A stretch of 41,356 bases of DNA from Hyphochytrium catenoides (lineage: Eukaryota; Protista; Hyphochytriomycota). The stretch covers positions 1 through 41,356 of the forward strand of contig FLMG01000900.1 in NCBI GenBank assembly GCA_900088475.1, in the 5' to 3' direction. Position numbers and translations under genes: made by a program. Each line of letters begins with the position of its first letter. Within the stretch, counting starts at the first letter, position 1. The notes under the pieces were generated by a model, which worked only from the letters and a program-made list of their open reading frames with translations, made no database searches and was not told the DNA's origin. Positions 1 through 12,180 of this stretch are shown piece by piece.

Positions 1-236
1 AGGCTACCTCTTTCTGTTCCTCTCTCTCACACATACTGTCTCTCTCTCTCTGTTCTCTCTCTCTCTCTCTCTCTTCTCTCTGTTCTCTCTCTCTCCTCTG
101 TCTCTTTTGCTCTTTCTGGGCCCGCTTATCTCTCCTTTCTCTTTCGCTCTCCCCTCCTCTCTCTTGTCCGTTCTCATTACTCCCTCTCTCTCTATCCTCG
201 CAATCTCTCTTTTTCACCTTCTCCCTCATCCCTTAG

Positions 237-1004
237 ATGCAAATGCTTCCCAGAGATGAAGGCGCCCCTGCCGTGGAGCTTCCCATGGCTGTCCCGTGCA
301 ACCCCTTCATGACAGCAGAGGAGCCAGTGGCAGTCGTGAGTCCATAGCTTCTCTCTCTCTCTCTCTCTCTCTCTTCGCCTCTCTCACTTCACGCTTTCTT
401 CCGGACTCCCCCTTCTCGTCTGTGACTCTCTCGCTTCGGCACTTCCTTTCTTTCTCTCTCTCTCTCTCTCCCTCGCGCGGCTCGTCCTTTTTGCCGCTTT
501 CTTCTCTCTTACCCTGTCTCCCGCTCCCGCGTGAACTCCTTCACTTTTTCTGTGCTGCTCTCCCCTCTTCTCTCTCACCGGCTGGCGATTCATCTCTTTC
601 CCTCTTTCGTTATTCACTCACAACTCTCTCTCTCTCTCTCTCCCTCTCTGTGTGTGTGTCTCCACGACCATCAGGTAAACGATGCTCCTCCTTCTTCCTC
701 TCTTCCTTGGGTCGTCTCTCCCTTTGAAAAGAAGGTGGCGGACGAGAAGTTCCGGGCTCTTGGTCCGGACAATGAGGGAAAGCTGCCTGGCGCCCAACTT
801 GTGGGACCTCTTTCTCTCACTGGCCTCCCCACTGCCTCTCTCAAGCAACTCTGGGACCTCGTTGACCTGGACAAAGACGGGAAATTGGATGGAGAAGAGT
901 TTGCTCTCGCGCTCTGGCTGTGCAAGTTTGCCGCAGCAGGGAATCCTCTCCCGGAAATGTTGAGTCCGGAGATGATTCCTCCCTCGAAGAGAATTGCCGT
1001 GTGA
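237..1004 (+). CDS. EHD1: EH-domain protein (EHD1/RME-1-like), last two exons; 5' part lies upstream of the window
   Basis: Exons 237-335 and 675-1004 join in frame across a GT-AG intron. Translation MQMLP...NPF...WVVSPFEKKVADEKFRALGPDNEGKLPG...LKQLWDLVDLDKDGKLDGEEFALALWL...GNPLPEMLSPEMIPPSKR is a C-terminal EH domain with an EF-hand and the EHD-type PPSKR ending. The paralog number cannot be determined. Confidence 0.85.
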
Positions 1005-1646
1005 GGAACGGAGAGGGCCCAAAGACGGAAAGTCTTACGAGAGAGAGAGAGAGAGAGAGAGAAAGAAAGAGGCACGCACACAGAGAAAGAGAGAGAGAGA
1101 ACCAAAGAGACAGAAGAGCAGCTAATTAGCGCTGAGATGGCTCAGTCATTCAGACCTTCTATCCTCTTTCACCATCTAAAGAAAAGACTTCCCCTTCCCT
1201 ATCTAGCGTATCACGAAAGATGAAAGACAGAAGAAGGGAGAGAAAAAGAGACGCTTTTCTTTGCGTGGGGCGTTCCACACTTATCCTCTCTCTCTCTTTG
1301 TTTCTCCTTTTCCCCAATTTCCTCAGCCTATAACCTGCTGACGGGCTACGCCCGTCCTTGATATTCAACCACAGGTGTGAGGAAGAGAGTTTGGAGCAAG
1401 AGAGAGAGAGAGACTGGACCGGAAAAGAAAGGGAGAGAAGAGGGTAGCGATACGAAGAAGGAAAATGTGTGAAGGCTGAGGACCTTAAGTTAAATCATCT
1501 CCCTTACACTGTGATAGTGCCTAATACTGGCAGGTCTGGTGTGAAGATCACCTTATTGATAACTCTCCCTCTCTCCATCCGCTTGTCCTATAAAGTCTGA
1601 GACCTCTCTCTCTCTTTCTCTCTCTCTCTCTCGCGCGCGCTCTCTT

Positions 1647-1677
<31 letters not shown>

Positions 1678-1746
1678 GACATACACACGCTTCCTGCCTG
1701 TATATTCTCTTCCCTTGTCTCCTCCGCTCTCTGTGACTCTCTGCCC

Positions 1747-3254
1747 TTACCAGGATATCCACCGCACCAGTCGAGTCCACACTCCACCTTTGGCCCTTGT
1801 CGAAGAAGGAGAGACTAGACGTCTCGAGGAGAGAGTCTGAGAGTCTCTCTCTCTCTCTTCTGCCATCCGCCTCTGTGCTGCCAGACGCCGATAGAGAAGC
1901 TCCTCTAGAGCTGGAGGCTGAGGACTTTGTCGCCAGTCTGCGACGATCTCTTCCACGGCTCCCATGCGAAGAGCTCCGTTCAGAGATTGATACAATGACA
2001 AGAACCTAGGGAAGAGAGGACCGGAAATAGGAAGGGAGATATCCAAGAGAGAGAGAGGGAAAGAGAGAGAGAGAGACAACGTATTGGAAGAGGGAGGGGA
2101 TCCTGTCAGTCTACCGCTAATGGACACAAAGTCTCTTTTTTAGGTCGAGCTTTGAGGGTTACGCTATCTTCCCACCTCTTTCTCTTCTCCCTTTTTGCTC
2201 TCCTGGCCCCCTTGCTCTTCTCATTTTCTCTCTCACAAACCCTTTCTCCGTGTCTCAAAGCTCTCCTCTCTCTTTTATCTCATGTCCATGTCTCTCTATA
2301 TCTCTTTCTCTCTCCTCTCTTTGTCATCTCTGTGTACCTAACCCCTTCTCACCCATCTTTTCCAGCTGTTGTCTTCTTCTGTCTCTCTTTCTNNNNNNNN
2401 NNNNNNNNNNNNNNNNNNNNNNNNNNNNNNNNNNNNNNNNNNNNNNNNNNNNNNNNNNNNNNNNNNNNNNNNNNNNNNNNNNNNNNNNNNNNNNNNNNNN
2501 NNNNNNNNNNNNNNNNNNNNNNNNNNNNNNNNNNNNNNNNNNNNNNNNNNNNNNTTCAGATGGGGTGGAAAAGGTGCTCAGTCTCTCCATTTCGATGTCG
2601 ATGGTGAAGGGCATTCTCTGCAGGTGCATCCCGGGGACGATGAGGTTATAATGACGGATCTCCTTGTTCAACTGACGGAGCAGCTCCTTCAGCCATGAGC
2701 GGTGCTGGAGAAGGAACATCTGGGGAAGTCAACCGGGAAGAGGAAGAGAGAGAGAGAGAGAGAGAGAAATGAGGGGAGAGAAACGGAAAGAGGAGAGAGA
2801 AAGGAGAGAATGTGGTTTACTGTGAGTGAGAAGACGAAAGGAGGGAGTGCGGATCCAGCAAGGAGACAGCACCGAGAAAGGCAGCTGGGAAGAAGGGAAA
2901 AGATAGAAAGCAAGAGCGAGAGAGAGAAAAAGGCACAAAGAGAGAGAGAGAGAGAGAGAGAGAGAACAGAGACAAACAAAGTAGAGAGGGAGAGAGGAAA
3001 GTGACAAAGCAAAAGAGAGAAAGATAGAGAGAAAGGGGGAGGGGGAGAAGAACGGAACACAATGTCCCGCATCAGGAATCAAGGCTGTACCTCTGTCTCT
3101 GTTATCTCTGGCAAGCCTAACGTGGCGCTTCCCATTCTTGTCTTTTCTCTCTCTTGTCTTTCCGAGTGGAAGCCGATCCAGCGCCAGAGTAGCTGGCAGC
3201 GCATCCCTAACATTAAACTCTGTATGGAGGCCTGCTTCTCCACCCACTGACGAA

Positions 3255-3318
<64 letters not shown>

Positions 3319-3508
3319 AGAAAAGCGAGGAGAGAGACAGCAAAGGAGGGAGAGAAGAGAGTAAGGGCGGGAAGAGAAAAGAGCGGGGTAATGGATCAGC
3401 AACCACGAACAACCCTCACAAGAGTCTTTGACAGTAGACAAAGAGGAGGAGGAGTATACGGACAGGCAGAGAGAAACAAGAGAGAGAAATAAGAGAGAGA
3501 AACAAGGG

Positions 3509-3540
<32 letters not shown>

Positions 3541-4497
3541 AAAGAGATAGACGCACAACAAGACAGATAAATAAGGAGAAACTTACGTCCGGTTTAAATC
3601 CATTGGAGGCTGTTCCCAGAGGCCAAGAAAAAAACGGGATCGACACGGAGAGGAGGAAGACAGGTAAGAGGACAGAATTTCTGAGACGTTTGGGAGAGAG
3701 ATGGAAGAGACAGAGAGAGAGAGACAGAGCATCAGAGCATAAAGTATACGAAGAGGAGAGAAAGAAAGGAAAGAGAGAGGAACATAACGGGAGAAAGAGA
3801 GAGAGACATAGTGAGAGATAGTCGTGGCCGAGGGTCGAAGACTACCCATAATCTTGTTAGCCATGTAGGATTGGCTGTCCACATAGTTCCTCATCGGATT
3901 CCGAGGTAATGGCTTCCCCTATAAACAAACATTAGCTTGTACATTCTTCAGTCTCTCTCTTCTCTCTCCTCTCTCTCCTCTTCCTCTCTCGCTCTCTCTT
4001 TCTCTCTCTCTCTCTCTTCTTTTGTTGTGTCTCTCTCATTCTCTACTTCCTACTATCGCTTGTCGCTTCTCCTGTACCCTACGATGTCTATTGTTCTCCC
4101 TCTCTCCTCTCTCTCTCTCTTGTTTCTTTTTTTTTCTTTCTCCTCTCCCTCCATTTCCTCAATTTCTCTCTCTCGCCTGACTTGCTCCTTACCTTAATCG
4201 ATAGATTGTCAAACTCTCCAGCTAGAAATGCTGAACGCGAGAGAGAGCGACAATGAATGGAGTTCAGAACGGCTACAAGAGAGAACAGAAAGAAGAGAAA
4301 GAGGGAGAGAGAGAGAGAGAGACTGACCCGCATGGATTTTATCCTCTACAATGGAAGGCAAGCCTTTCAGGTTTCTCTTGGCGCGGACGTACTCTCCCTC
4401 TCGCCGCGCTACCACGAGACTCTGATGCCCGCGTCCGGAGCTCTGGACTGGTGTCTTGTACTGCATTGCGGCGTAGTCAGCCTGGAGAGAGAGAGAG

Positions 4498-4544
<47 letters not shown>

Positions 4545-4830
4545 GAGAGAGAGAGAGAGAGAAAGACAAAGAGGGTATAAGAAGGGAAGAGAGTTTGAGA
4601 AGTGCAGAAGGGAGGGAACGAAACAAGAGACAACGTTAGAGTAAGACACAGTCGGATAGAAGAGATCTAGACATAGGGGAGAAAACGTCATCAATAGTAA
4701 ATGGCCCATCTTCCGCGATGGAGTTGGAAGGGACTAGTGACAGAAGGGACAGAAGGAGCGAGCGAGAGAGAGAGAGGCGGAGAGAGAGAAAGAGAGAGAG
4801 ATGGGAGAGAGAAAGAGAGAGAGATGGGAG

Positions 4831-4862
<32 letters not shown>

Positions 4863-4975
4863 ATGAAGAAGAGAGAGAGGAGAGAGAGAGAGAGATAGCG
4901 AGAGAGAGAGAGAAAGGAGAGAAAATTGGAGAGAACACAGGAAGAAGGAGAGAAAGAAACGCGGAATTGAGATAC

Positions 4976-5011
<36 letters not shown>

Positions 5012-6329
5012 GGGAGAGAGAGAGAGAGAGGGGTAGAGAGAGAGGGAGAGAGAGGGGAGAGGCCGGATGGAGAAAAAAGATTCCATGGCAAAAGAGAAAC
5101 AGGGTGTCACTTCTTTCTCTCCGACCTGATATAGCTGGCGCAGCCTGCCGCGGCGCTCTCGGTCTGAGGCAGACCCTATCACAGAGAGAGAGAGAGAAAG
5201 GGAGAGACAGACAGACAGGCAGACAGACAGACAGAACACCAGACACACACACAANNNNNNNNNNNNNNNNNNNNNNNNNNNNNNNNNNNNNNNNNNNNNN
5301 NNNNNNNNNNNNNNNNNNNNNNNNNNNNNNNNNNNNNNNNNNNNNNNNNNNNNNNNNNNNNNNNNNNNNNNNNNNNNNNNNNNNNGGAAGGAAAGGGGAA
5401 GCTGAAGAAGAAAGGAGGAAGCAACAGAACAAAAAAAGGGCTTGTGGCAGGAACGAGAAGTGCGTGGAAAGGGAAGGGGAGCGTCGCGCAGAGTGAAAGA
5501 GGAACAAGGGGAAACATGACAAGAGAGAGAGAGAGAGAAAGAGAGGGAGGGAGAGAGAATCCCCGCAACAAAGTAGAGGTTGTGGATTATCATTAGCAGA
5601 ATGTGGCACAGCTGAGAAAATTGAGTTGAGCGAGGATGGCAGGTAAAGGAGAGAGAGACGGGGGAAGAGAGAGAGAGAGAGAAAGAGGATAGAGAGTGTA
5701 AAAGGAAAATAGTGAAGGGGTTTTCCGACAGGCTTCCCACCTGGTCCAATTTCTGGGTTGGTGAGATATCGCCGGTGCTGAGCAGAAGAAGGAAAATGGG
5801 TGTGAGAGAGAAAGAGAGACAGAGACAGAAAGACAGAGAGAGAGACAGAGAGAGAGGAAGAGAGACTAGGAGAAAGAGAGACAGAGACAAAGAGACAGAG
5901 AGAGAGACAGAGAGAGAGGAAGAGAGACTAGGAGAGAGAGAGACAAGCAGGAGAAGGCTGGATTGCGAGAATATAAAGAGGACAAGCCGGAATGGGAAGG
6001 TTTGTCGGACCCCGACCAACAGCATCTTCTTCTTAGCGCAGAGAGAGAATGGAAAGAAAGACAGAGAGAGAGAGACTGAGAGAGGGAGAGAGAGAAGTTA
6101 GCTCCTTTCTCTCCATCACCTGCGGCGCCAGATGTCTTCTCCGTTCATTCTCTTCATGCCACTCTGACCTGTAAGGCCCTTCCTCGCCCTCTTCTTCTTC
6201 TCTCTTCCTCTGACTCTTGACTCCTTTTTGCTGGTAAGACCATTCTTCCTCACGCCTTATCATATCACTGCAGAAAGAGAGAGAAAAGAAAGAGAGAGAG
6301 AAGGGGAGGGGTGGAGGAGAGAGAGGAGA

Positions 6330-6383
<54 letters not shown>

Positions 6384-6793
6384 GAGAGAAATGGTGTTGC
6401 ACAAGCAAAATAAAAATGAAGGAAAGGGGTAGACGAGAAAGAGAGACGAGGAAAGGACCTGAGAACCACGAAACAGAGGAAGAGAGAGAAAGACAAGAAG
6501 AGAGAGAAAAGAGACGATCGGCAAGAGGAGAGAGAGAATGAGGAGCCTTACTTCTTGGTGTTGACCGCAAGGATGTCAAAGTTAATGTCTGACATTGCCT
6601 CAGAATCTTCATGGCCGACGCGCTGCACTATTCTCTCTCTCTTTTCCTTCCCTGACCCATCTTTCTCTCTCTCTTTCTCTCTTTCTCCGTCCTTCGTCCG
6701 CGCCGCACTGGAGAGTTTGACCTGATGGATTTGAGCGGAGAGAGAGACTCTCCGCGGCCTAAGAAAGTTGCCTGCCAGTCTCCTCGGCTGCAT
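1747..6793 (-). CDS. DNAJC28-like / DUF1992-domain protein, probably mitochondrial, no J domain seen
   Basis: Phase-consistent GT-AG exons 6793-6552, 6267-6120, 5777-5741, 5175-5126, 4481-4328, 4230-4193, 3918-3846, 3609-3587, 3246-3091, then 2704 into the N-gap, and a probable last exon ~2006-1747 (uncertain). Motifs: HLAPQHRRYLTNPEIGPGSASDRE, IVEDKIHAAFLAGEFDNLSIKGKPLP, MANKIMASNGFKPDWVE, LNKEIRHYNLIVP. The N-terminus MQPRRLAGNFLRPRRVSLS is Arg/Ser-rich and acid-free, like a presequence. Confidence 0.8.
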
Positions 6794-7198
6794 GGCCTCG
6801 ACAGGTGAGAGAGAGGGAAGACGAGGAGAGAGAGAGAGAGAGAGAGACGGTGGCAAATAGGGGGAGACGAAGAGAGAAAGAGAGACGGAGAGAAAAGAGA
6901 CTATACAGGCAAAAGCGAAGGGAGAGAAAGAGAGACTGCTGTTGTACGAAGAAGAGAGAATAACTTGCCGCAACCAATGCGCTGAGAGAGGACTGAGAAA
7001 GCGCAACAGCACGACAGGGAGAAGAGAGATAGACGGAGAGCGAGAGAGAGAGAGTTATTGGAGATGAAGAGGAAGTGAGAGAGGAAGAGACAGGAACAGT
7101 GAAGAATGAGCAAAGATGGAAGAATGAGACTGGTAAGGGGACAAACTGAGGAGGGCAGGAAGAGAGACTTGAGATAGTGGGACGAGAACGGCGACACC

Positions 7199-7239
<41 letters not shown>

Positions 7240-7771
7240 NNNNNNNNNNNNNNNNNNNNNNNNNNNNNNNNNNNNNNNNNNNNNNNNNNNNNNNNNNNNN
7301 NNNNNNNNNNNNNNNNNNNNNNNNNNNNNNNNNNNNNNNNNNNNNNNNNNNNNNNNNNNNNNNNNNNNNNNNNNNNNNNNNNNGAAGAGAGAGAGAGAGA
7401 GCACCGGAGCAGGGAGAGAGAGAGCCGCGATTCGATGCAAGGTAAGAGCCTCTTCTTCCTCCAGACTGGGAGGACTGGATACGGCTCGTTGACGGGTGAA
7501 GGAGAGAGAGAGAGCATGGCATCCTCCGCAGGAGGCGAGAGAGGAGAGAGAGACAGAGGGAGAGAGAAAGAGAGAAGGATCGCGGTAGGAGAGAATCAGG
7601 GAGGAAGAGCAGCGGACTGTAGAGAGCAAAGAAGGCAGCCAAATGATGGTCCAGGGCATGAAGAAAGGGAGAAGAGAATGAAGGAAGACTTCTCGTGAAG
7701 TACGAAGCGCGATAATGTCTGTTCGTTTGTTATTCAGAGAAGGAGAAAGAGCGAGACACACATACCCAACA

Positions 7772-7803
<32 letters not shown>

Positions 7804-8131
7804 NNNNNNNNNNNNNNNNNNNNNNNNNAGAGAGAGAGAGAGAAAGAGAGGGAGAGAGAGAGAGAGAGAGGGAGAAAAAAAGAGAGAGAGAGGGGGAGGT
7901 GCATGGAGATGATTAATCAGCCCAGCCCTTTATTAGGTTCTGGGCGGGGACGTGTTCATAAAAGAGAGAGCTGCTCCTCTTCTCTTCTCCTCTCTCTCCA
8001 CTCTGTCTCCTGCTCTCTCTATGGCGTCTCTCTCCTTGTACTCCTCCTCTCTCTTTCCCTGGCTCAACCCATCCAACAATGGGCATACCTTCGACCACCT
8101 CTCCCTCTGTTTTGGTCGCTGCCCTTTTCCT

Positions 8132-8176
<45 letters not shown>

Positions 8177-8221
8177 NCTCTCGCGCGCGCGCGCGCTCTC
8201 TTCAGCTTCTCTAGTATTCCT

Positions 8222-8480
8222 CTAGAGGGCTATTGGGCACTCCGTCGCTCGATTGTGGCTCGTCTTCAGTTCCCTGAGTCGCTGCTTCTTTCTCTCCAGA
8301 TAGAGCTTGATCTTCGCCTCCACAGCATCCAGAAGCTCGAGCAAAGCTTTCTCTCGCTGGGCAAACTGAGCCTGAGAAGGAGAGAGAGACAGACAGAGGC
8401 GTATACAGAGAGAGAGAGATGAGTAGGATATCTTTTTTGGCTCTATCAGTTTGATATGAATATGTCAGGCGGTGCACATT

Positions 8481-8544
<64 letters not shown>

Positions 8545-8560
8545 CTATCTCTCTTTTTCT

Positions 8561-8622
<62 letters not shown>

Positions 8623-8799
8623 ATCTTCTCTCTCCGGTGATGTTCTCTTTTGCTCCCTCTTGCTTGTCTCTCCCGCAGTCTCGTCTCCGTCTCCGTTGAC
8701 CTCGCCACGTTTGCCTGTTCTCTCTTCTTTCGCCAGGTCTACCGTCATTCTCTGTCTCTCTTTTCTCTCTCTTTCTCTCTCTCTTCTCTCTCTCTCCCC

Positions 8800-8840
<41 letters not shown>

Positions 8841-11392
8841 TTAGCTGGCTGCCCAGTAAGGTACCTCTAAGGCATTCTCCAGGGCGAGATGACGTCGACT
8901 CATAGACTCGACCTTGCGCAAGGATCGTCCTTTCATTCTCAGTAGACCGCTTGTCTCCCGCTGAGGCCGAGCCCAAGCAGTATGAAGGGAAAGAAGAGAG
9001 AGAGAGAGAGATTCGGTTGAAAGAGAGAGAGGAAGAGAGGCCACAGAAGGACACGATTGAGAGATGAGAGAAAAAAGAGGCTGGAAATATCTCTTTCTCT
9101 CCTAGCCTGTCTTGGCGGCGTCCCCATCATCATCCCCAGCTACTGCTCGATAACCCCATTATGGCACTCGTCTTCGTCTCTCTTTCTTTCTTTCTCTCTC
9201 TCTCTTTTTTTTTCTCTCTCTCTCCTTCTCTCTTTCTTATTCTCCTTGCTCGTTGTTTTAGAGTCAGTCTCACCTCTTTCCCGGACCGCTCGACCGCTAT
9301 CTCCGCGTTATCGTCACCGGCCAATTCTTCAAGCCTGGACCGACAACAGAGACGGTGAGAAGGAGATCAAAGAGAGAGAGAGAACGAGTGTGAAGAGAGA
9401 AGGAAAAGAGAGGAAGACTAAGAGAGAGAGAGAGAAAAGGAAAGAGAAGACAGAGATACCGGGAGAGAACTTACTCCTTCTGTCTATCAAAAGTCTCTTT
9501 CCATACTTCGTAGAAGTTAATACCTAAGAAGAGCCATCAGAGCGCGGTATGTGGAAAAGAGAAGAAGAGAGGCCTTGGGAGAAGAGAAAGAGAGCAAGAG
9601 AGAGAGACAGAGCGATGTGGAAGACAAAGGGTGCAAGCGAAGGATATAAAGCAAAGACGGAGACCAGGAGAGTGGAAAAACAAGAGAATAAGATAGGGAA
9701 TAGAAGAAGAGAGACTACCATAAGATTGCGGAGAACAAATGGGTAAGAGCTTGGAAGTATAAGGAGAGAGTGAAAGAAAGAAAAGAGGAGAGACAGAGAG
9801 AGAGAGAGAGAGATCCTTATTTACCTACTATTCCTATAGGGAGCGCGAGGAGAATCATCCCGCTGAGGACAGTGACGGTGCCGAGGAGCTTCCCGAAGAA
9901 AGTGCGCGGGAAGACATCTCCGTAGCCAACAGTGCACATTGTTACTATTGCCCACCACATCGATGAAGGGATGCTGCAGAGGAAAGGGATAGAGAGAGGA
10001 GAGAGAGAGAAGAGAGAGAGAGAGCGAGAGAGTGGGAGAGAAAGGTGACGGGATCAACTATTCTGAGTCCTATGGTCTAGCACTGGCTAGTAAGGTTAAG
10101 AGAAGGATTACGACTATGTCAAGGAGATCATTCCCTCTCTGTCTTTCTCTCTCGACCCCCGTACCTCTCCTGTCTCTTTCTCTCTTTTTCTCTCTCTCTC
10201 TCTCTCTCTTGGACTGTTTCTTCTCTCTCTCACCTTGTGAAGGGATTAGGTTCCTTGCAATAGCAGCCTTGACTCGAAGAGAGACCGGTCCCTCCGCAGG
10301 GCAGACCACTGACCTTCTCGACCCACTGGCCGGCGATACACTTGTCCGGCGTTTGCTCCGCAGTGTAGATCATGCTTGAGAACAGCACCTGAGAGAAGAG
10401 AGAGAGAGAGAGAGAGACAGAGAGAGACAGAGAGTCAATCAAATTTGGAAAATGAAGAAGAGATAGAGAGGACACTGAGAAAGGAGAGACTCTCCAATCA
10501 ATTGGAAGTGCCAAAGAAAGACCTGACGACATACCAGGGGAGAAATAGGAGAAAGAGACGGAAGAGACAGAAGCTTTACGCAGTTGTGGAAGTTCAAGAG
10601 AGAGCAAAAGAAAGCCATCCCACCGTTCCCAGGCTAAGGAGGAACACTAGTGTTATAATCGAGTAGAGACTCCGGTCCATTGTCTGCGTCATTGGAGATC
10701 AAGGGCGAGAGTGAGAGAAAGACAGAGAGAGAAAAAAATAAAGAAAGAAAGAGAGAGGAAAAGAGAGAAAGAAAGAGAGGGAGAGAACGAGAGAGAGAGA
10801 GAGAGAGAAAGAGAAAGAGAGAGAGAGAAGGAGAGAAGAGAGAAAGGAACGAAGGAGAGAAGGAGATTAGATCTGTCTGCCTCTTTGTATTGCTGCCTCC
10901 CTTCTGCTAGAAGTCCCAATCTCCCTCGCCCTCCAGGCATATACACAGAGACACATCCGCTTCCTGAGAACCAAGTTGCTGCTTTTCTTTCTCTCTCTCT
11001 TCTTTTTCTCTGTCACTTACACTTATTCTGCCTGTTTTTCAATCTCTCTTTCATTTCGTGTCTCTCCCTTCGTGCGCACCGTGTCAGCTCGTCCTGGCCG
11101 CCTCTTTCTGTTCGCTTTTGCATGTTGTCTCTACCTTTAGTTGTCTATTGGCCCCCTTCGTTTCTTTTCTCTTCCTCGTTCTCTCTTTCTTTCTCTCTCT
11201 CTAAGCTCTGCAGCTGGAGTGACTTACCTTCATAAAGACAGTGATGTTGGACGAGTAGCGAGACACCTTGAACACTCGCGTCACTCGCGTCAGCCGCACC
11301 GCACGAAAGATGAAGAGAGAGGTTGTTGAACTTGACTGCGTGGTCAGACCCAGACAGAGAGAGAGAGAAAGAGAGAAGAGAAAACAACAGAA

Positions 11393-11423
<31 letters not shown>

Positions 11424-12127
11424 TGAAGAATGAGAGGGAAAGAGAGAGAAAATAGAGAAAGCAGGAACGAGAAGTAAGTATCGAGCATAAAGAATAAATA
11501 GAGACCGAGCGAGAGAGAGAGAGACAAGTGTCAAGCAAGAGCCATAACACCAAGAGAGGCAAGAGGACAGAGGCAAGAGAGAGAGAGAGAAAGGAAGAAA
11601 GAGAGGGAGAGAGAGGTTGAGAGGAATCAGATCCGGAGCAACGTACAGCAGGCAGTAGTAGAGAGGAAGCAGAATAGAGGCCACAACGAAAATGGAGGAG
11701 ATGCCGCGTTCAAATCTCAAGAAGAGAGAGAGAGAGAGACGACCGAAGGAGACACGATAAACAATGTCGTCGGAGAGGTTGGGGAAAGGGGGCGGGCGAA
11801 GACAGCAGAGGAGAGAGGCCGGAGACAGGAGACCGAGAGAGAGAGAGAGAGATGGGACAGCCAAAGAGGATGTGCCGCTAGCGCCAGATGAGTGAGCGGA
11901 AAGAGAAGATGAAAATGAAGGGAAGACAGAAGTTTAACCGCCGAGAAAGACTTCGACGCTGGGATAGGACGGTGTTTAGGCTAAGATGATCTATCCGATG
12001 ATTGGGGGTCTAGGTCGCTCTTCTGCCCTCTCTCTCTCTCTCTCCTCTCACCTTCGGAAAGACAAAGCCCATGTAAAAGGGCAGGATGGCTATGAAGTCC
12101 AGGATGTTTAGCATCCCTTACCATAAG

Positions 12128-12180
<53 letters not shown>

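Noticed and set aside
300-308. NPF motif within the EH-domain protein itself
   Set aside because: An xPF motif in the linker before the EH domain is an established EHD family feature.
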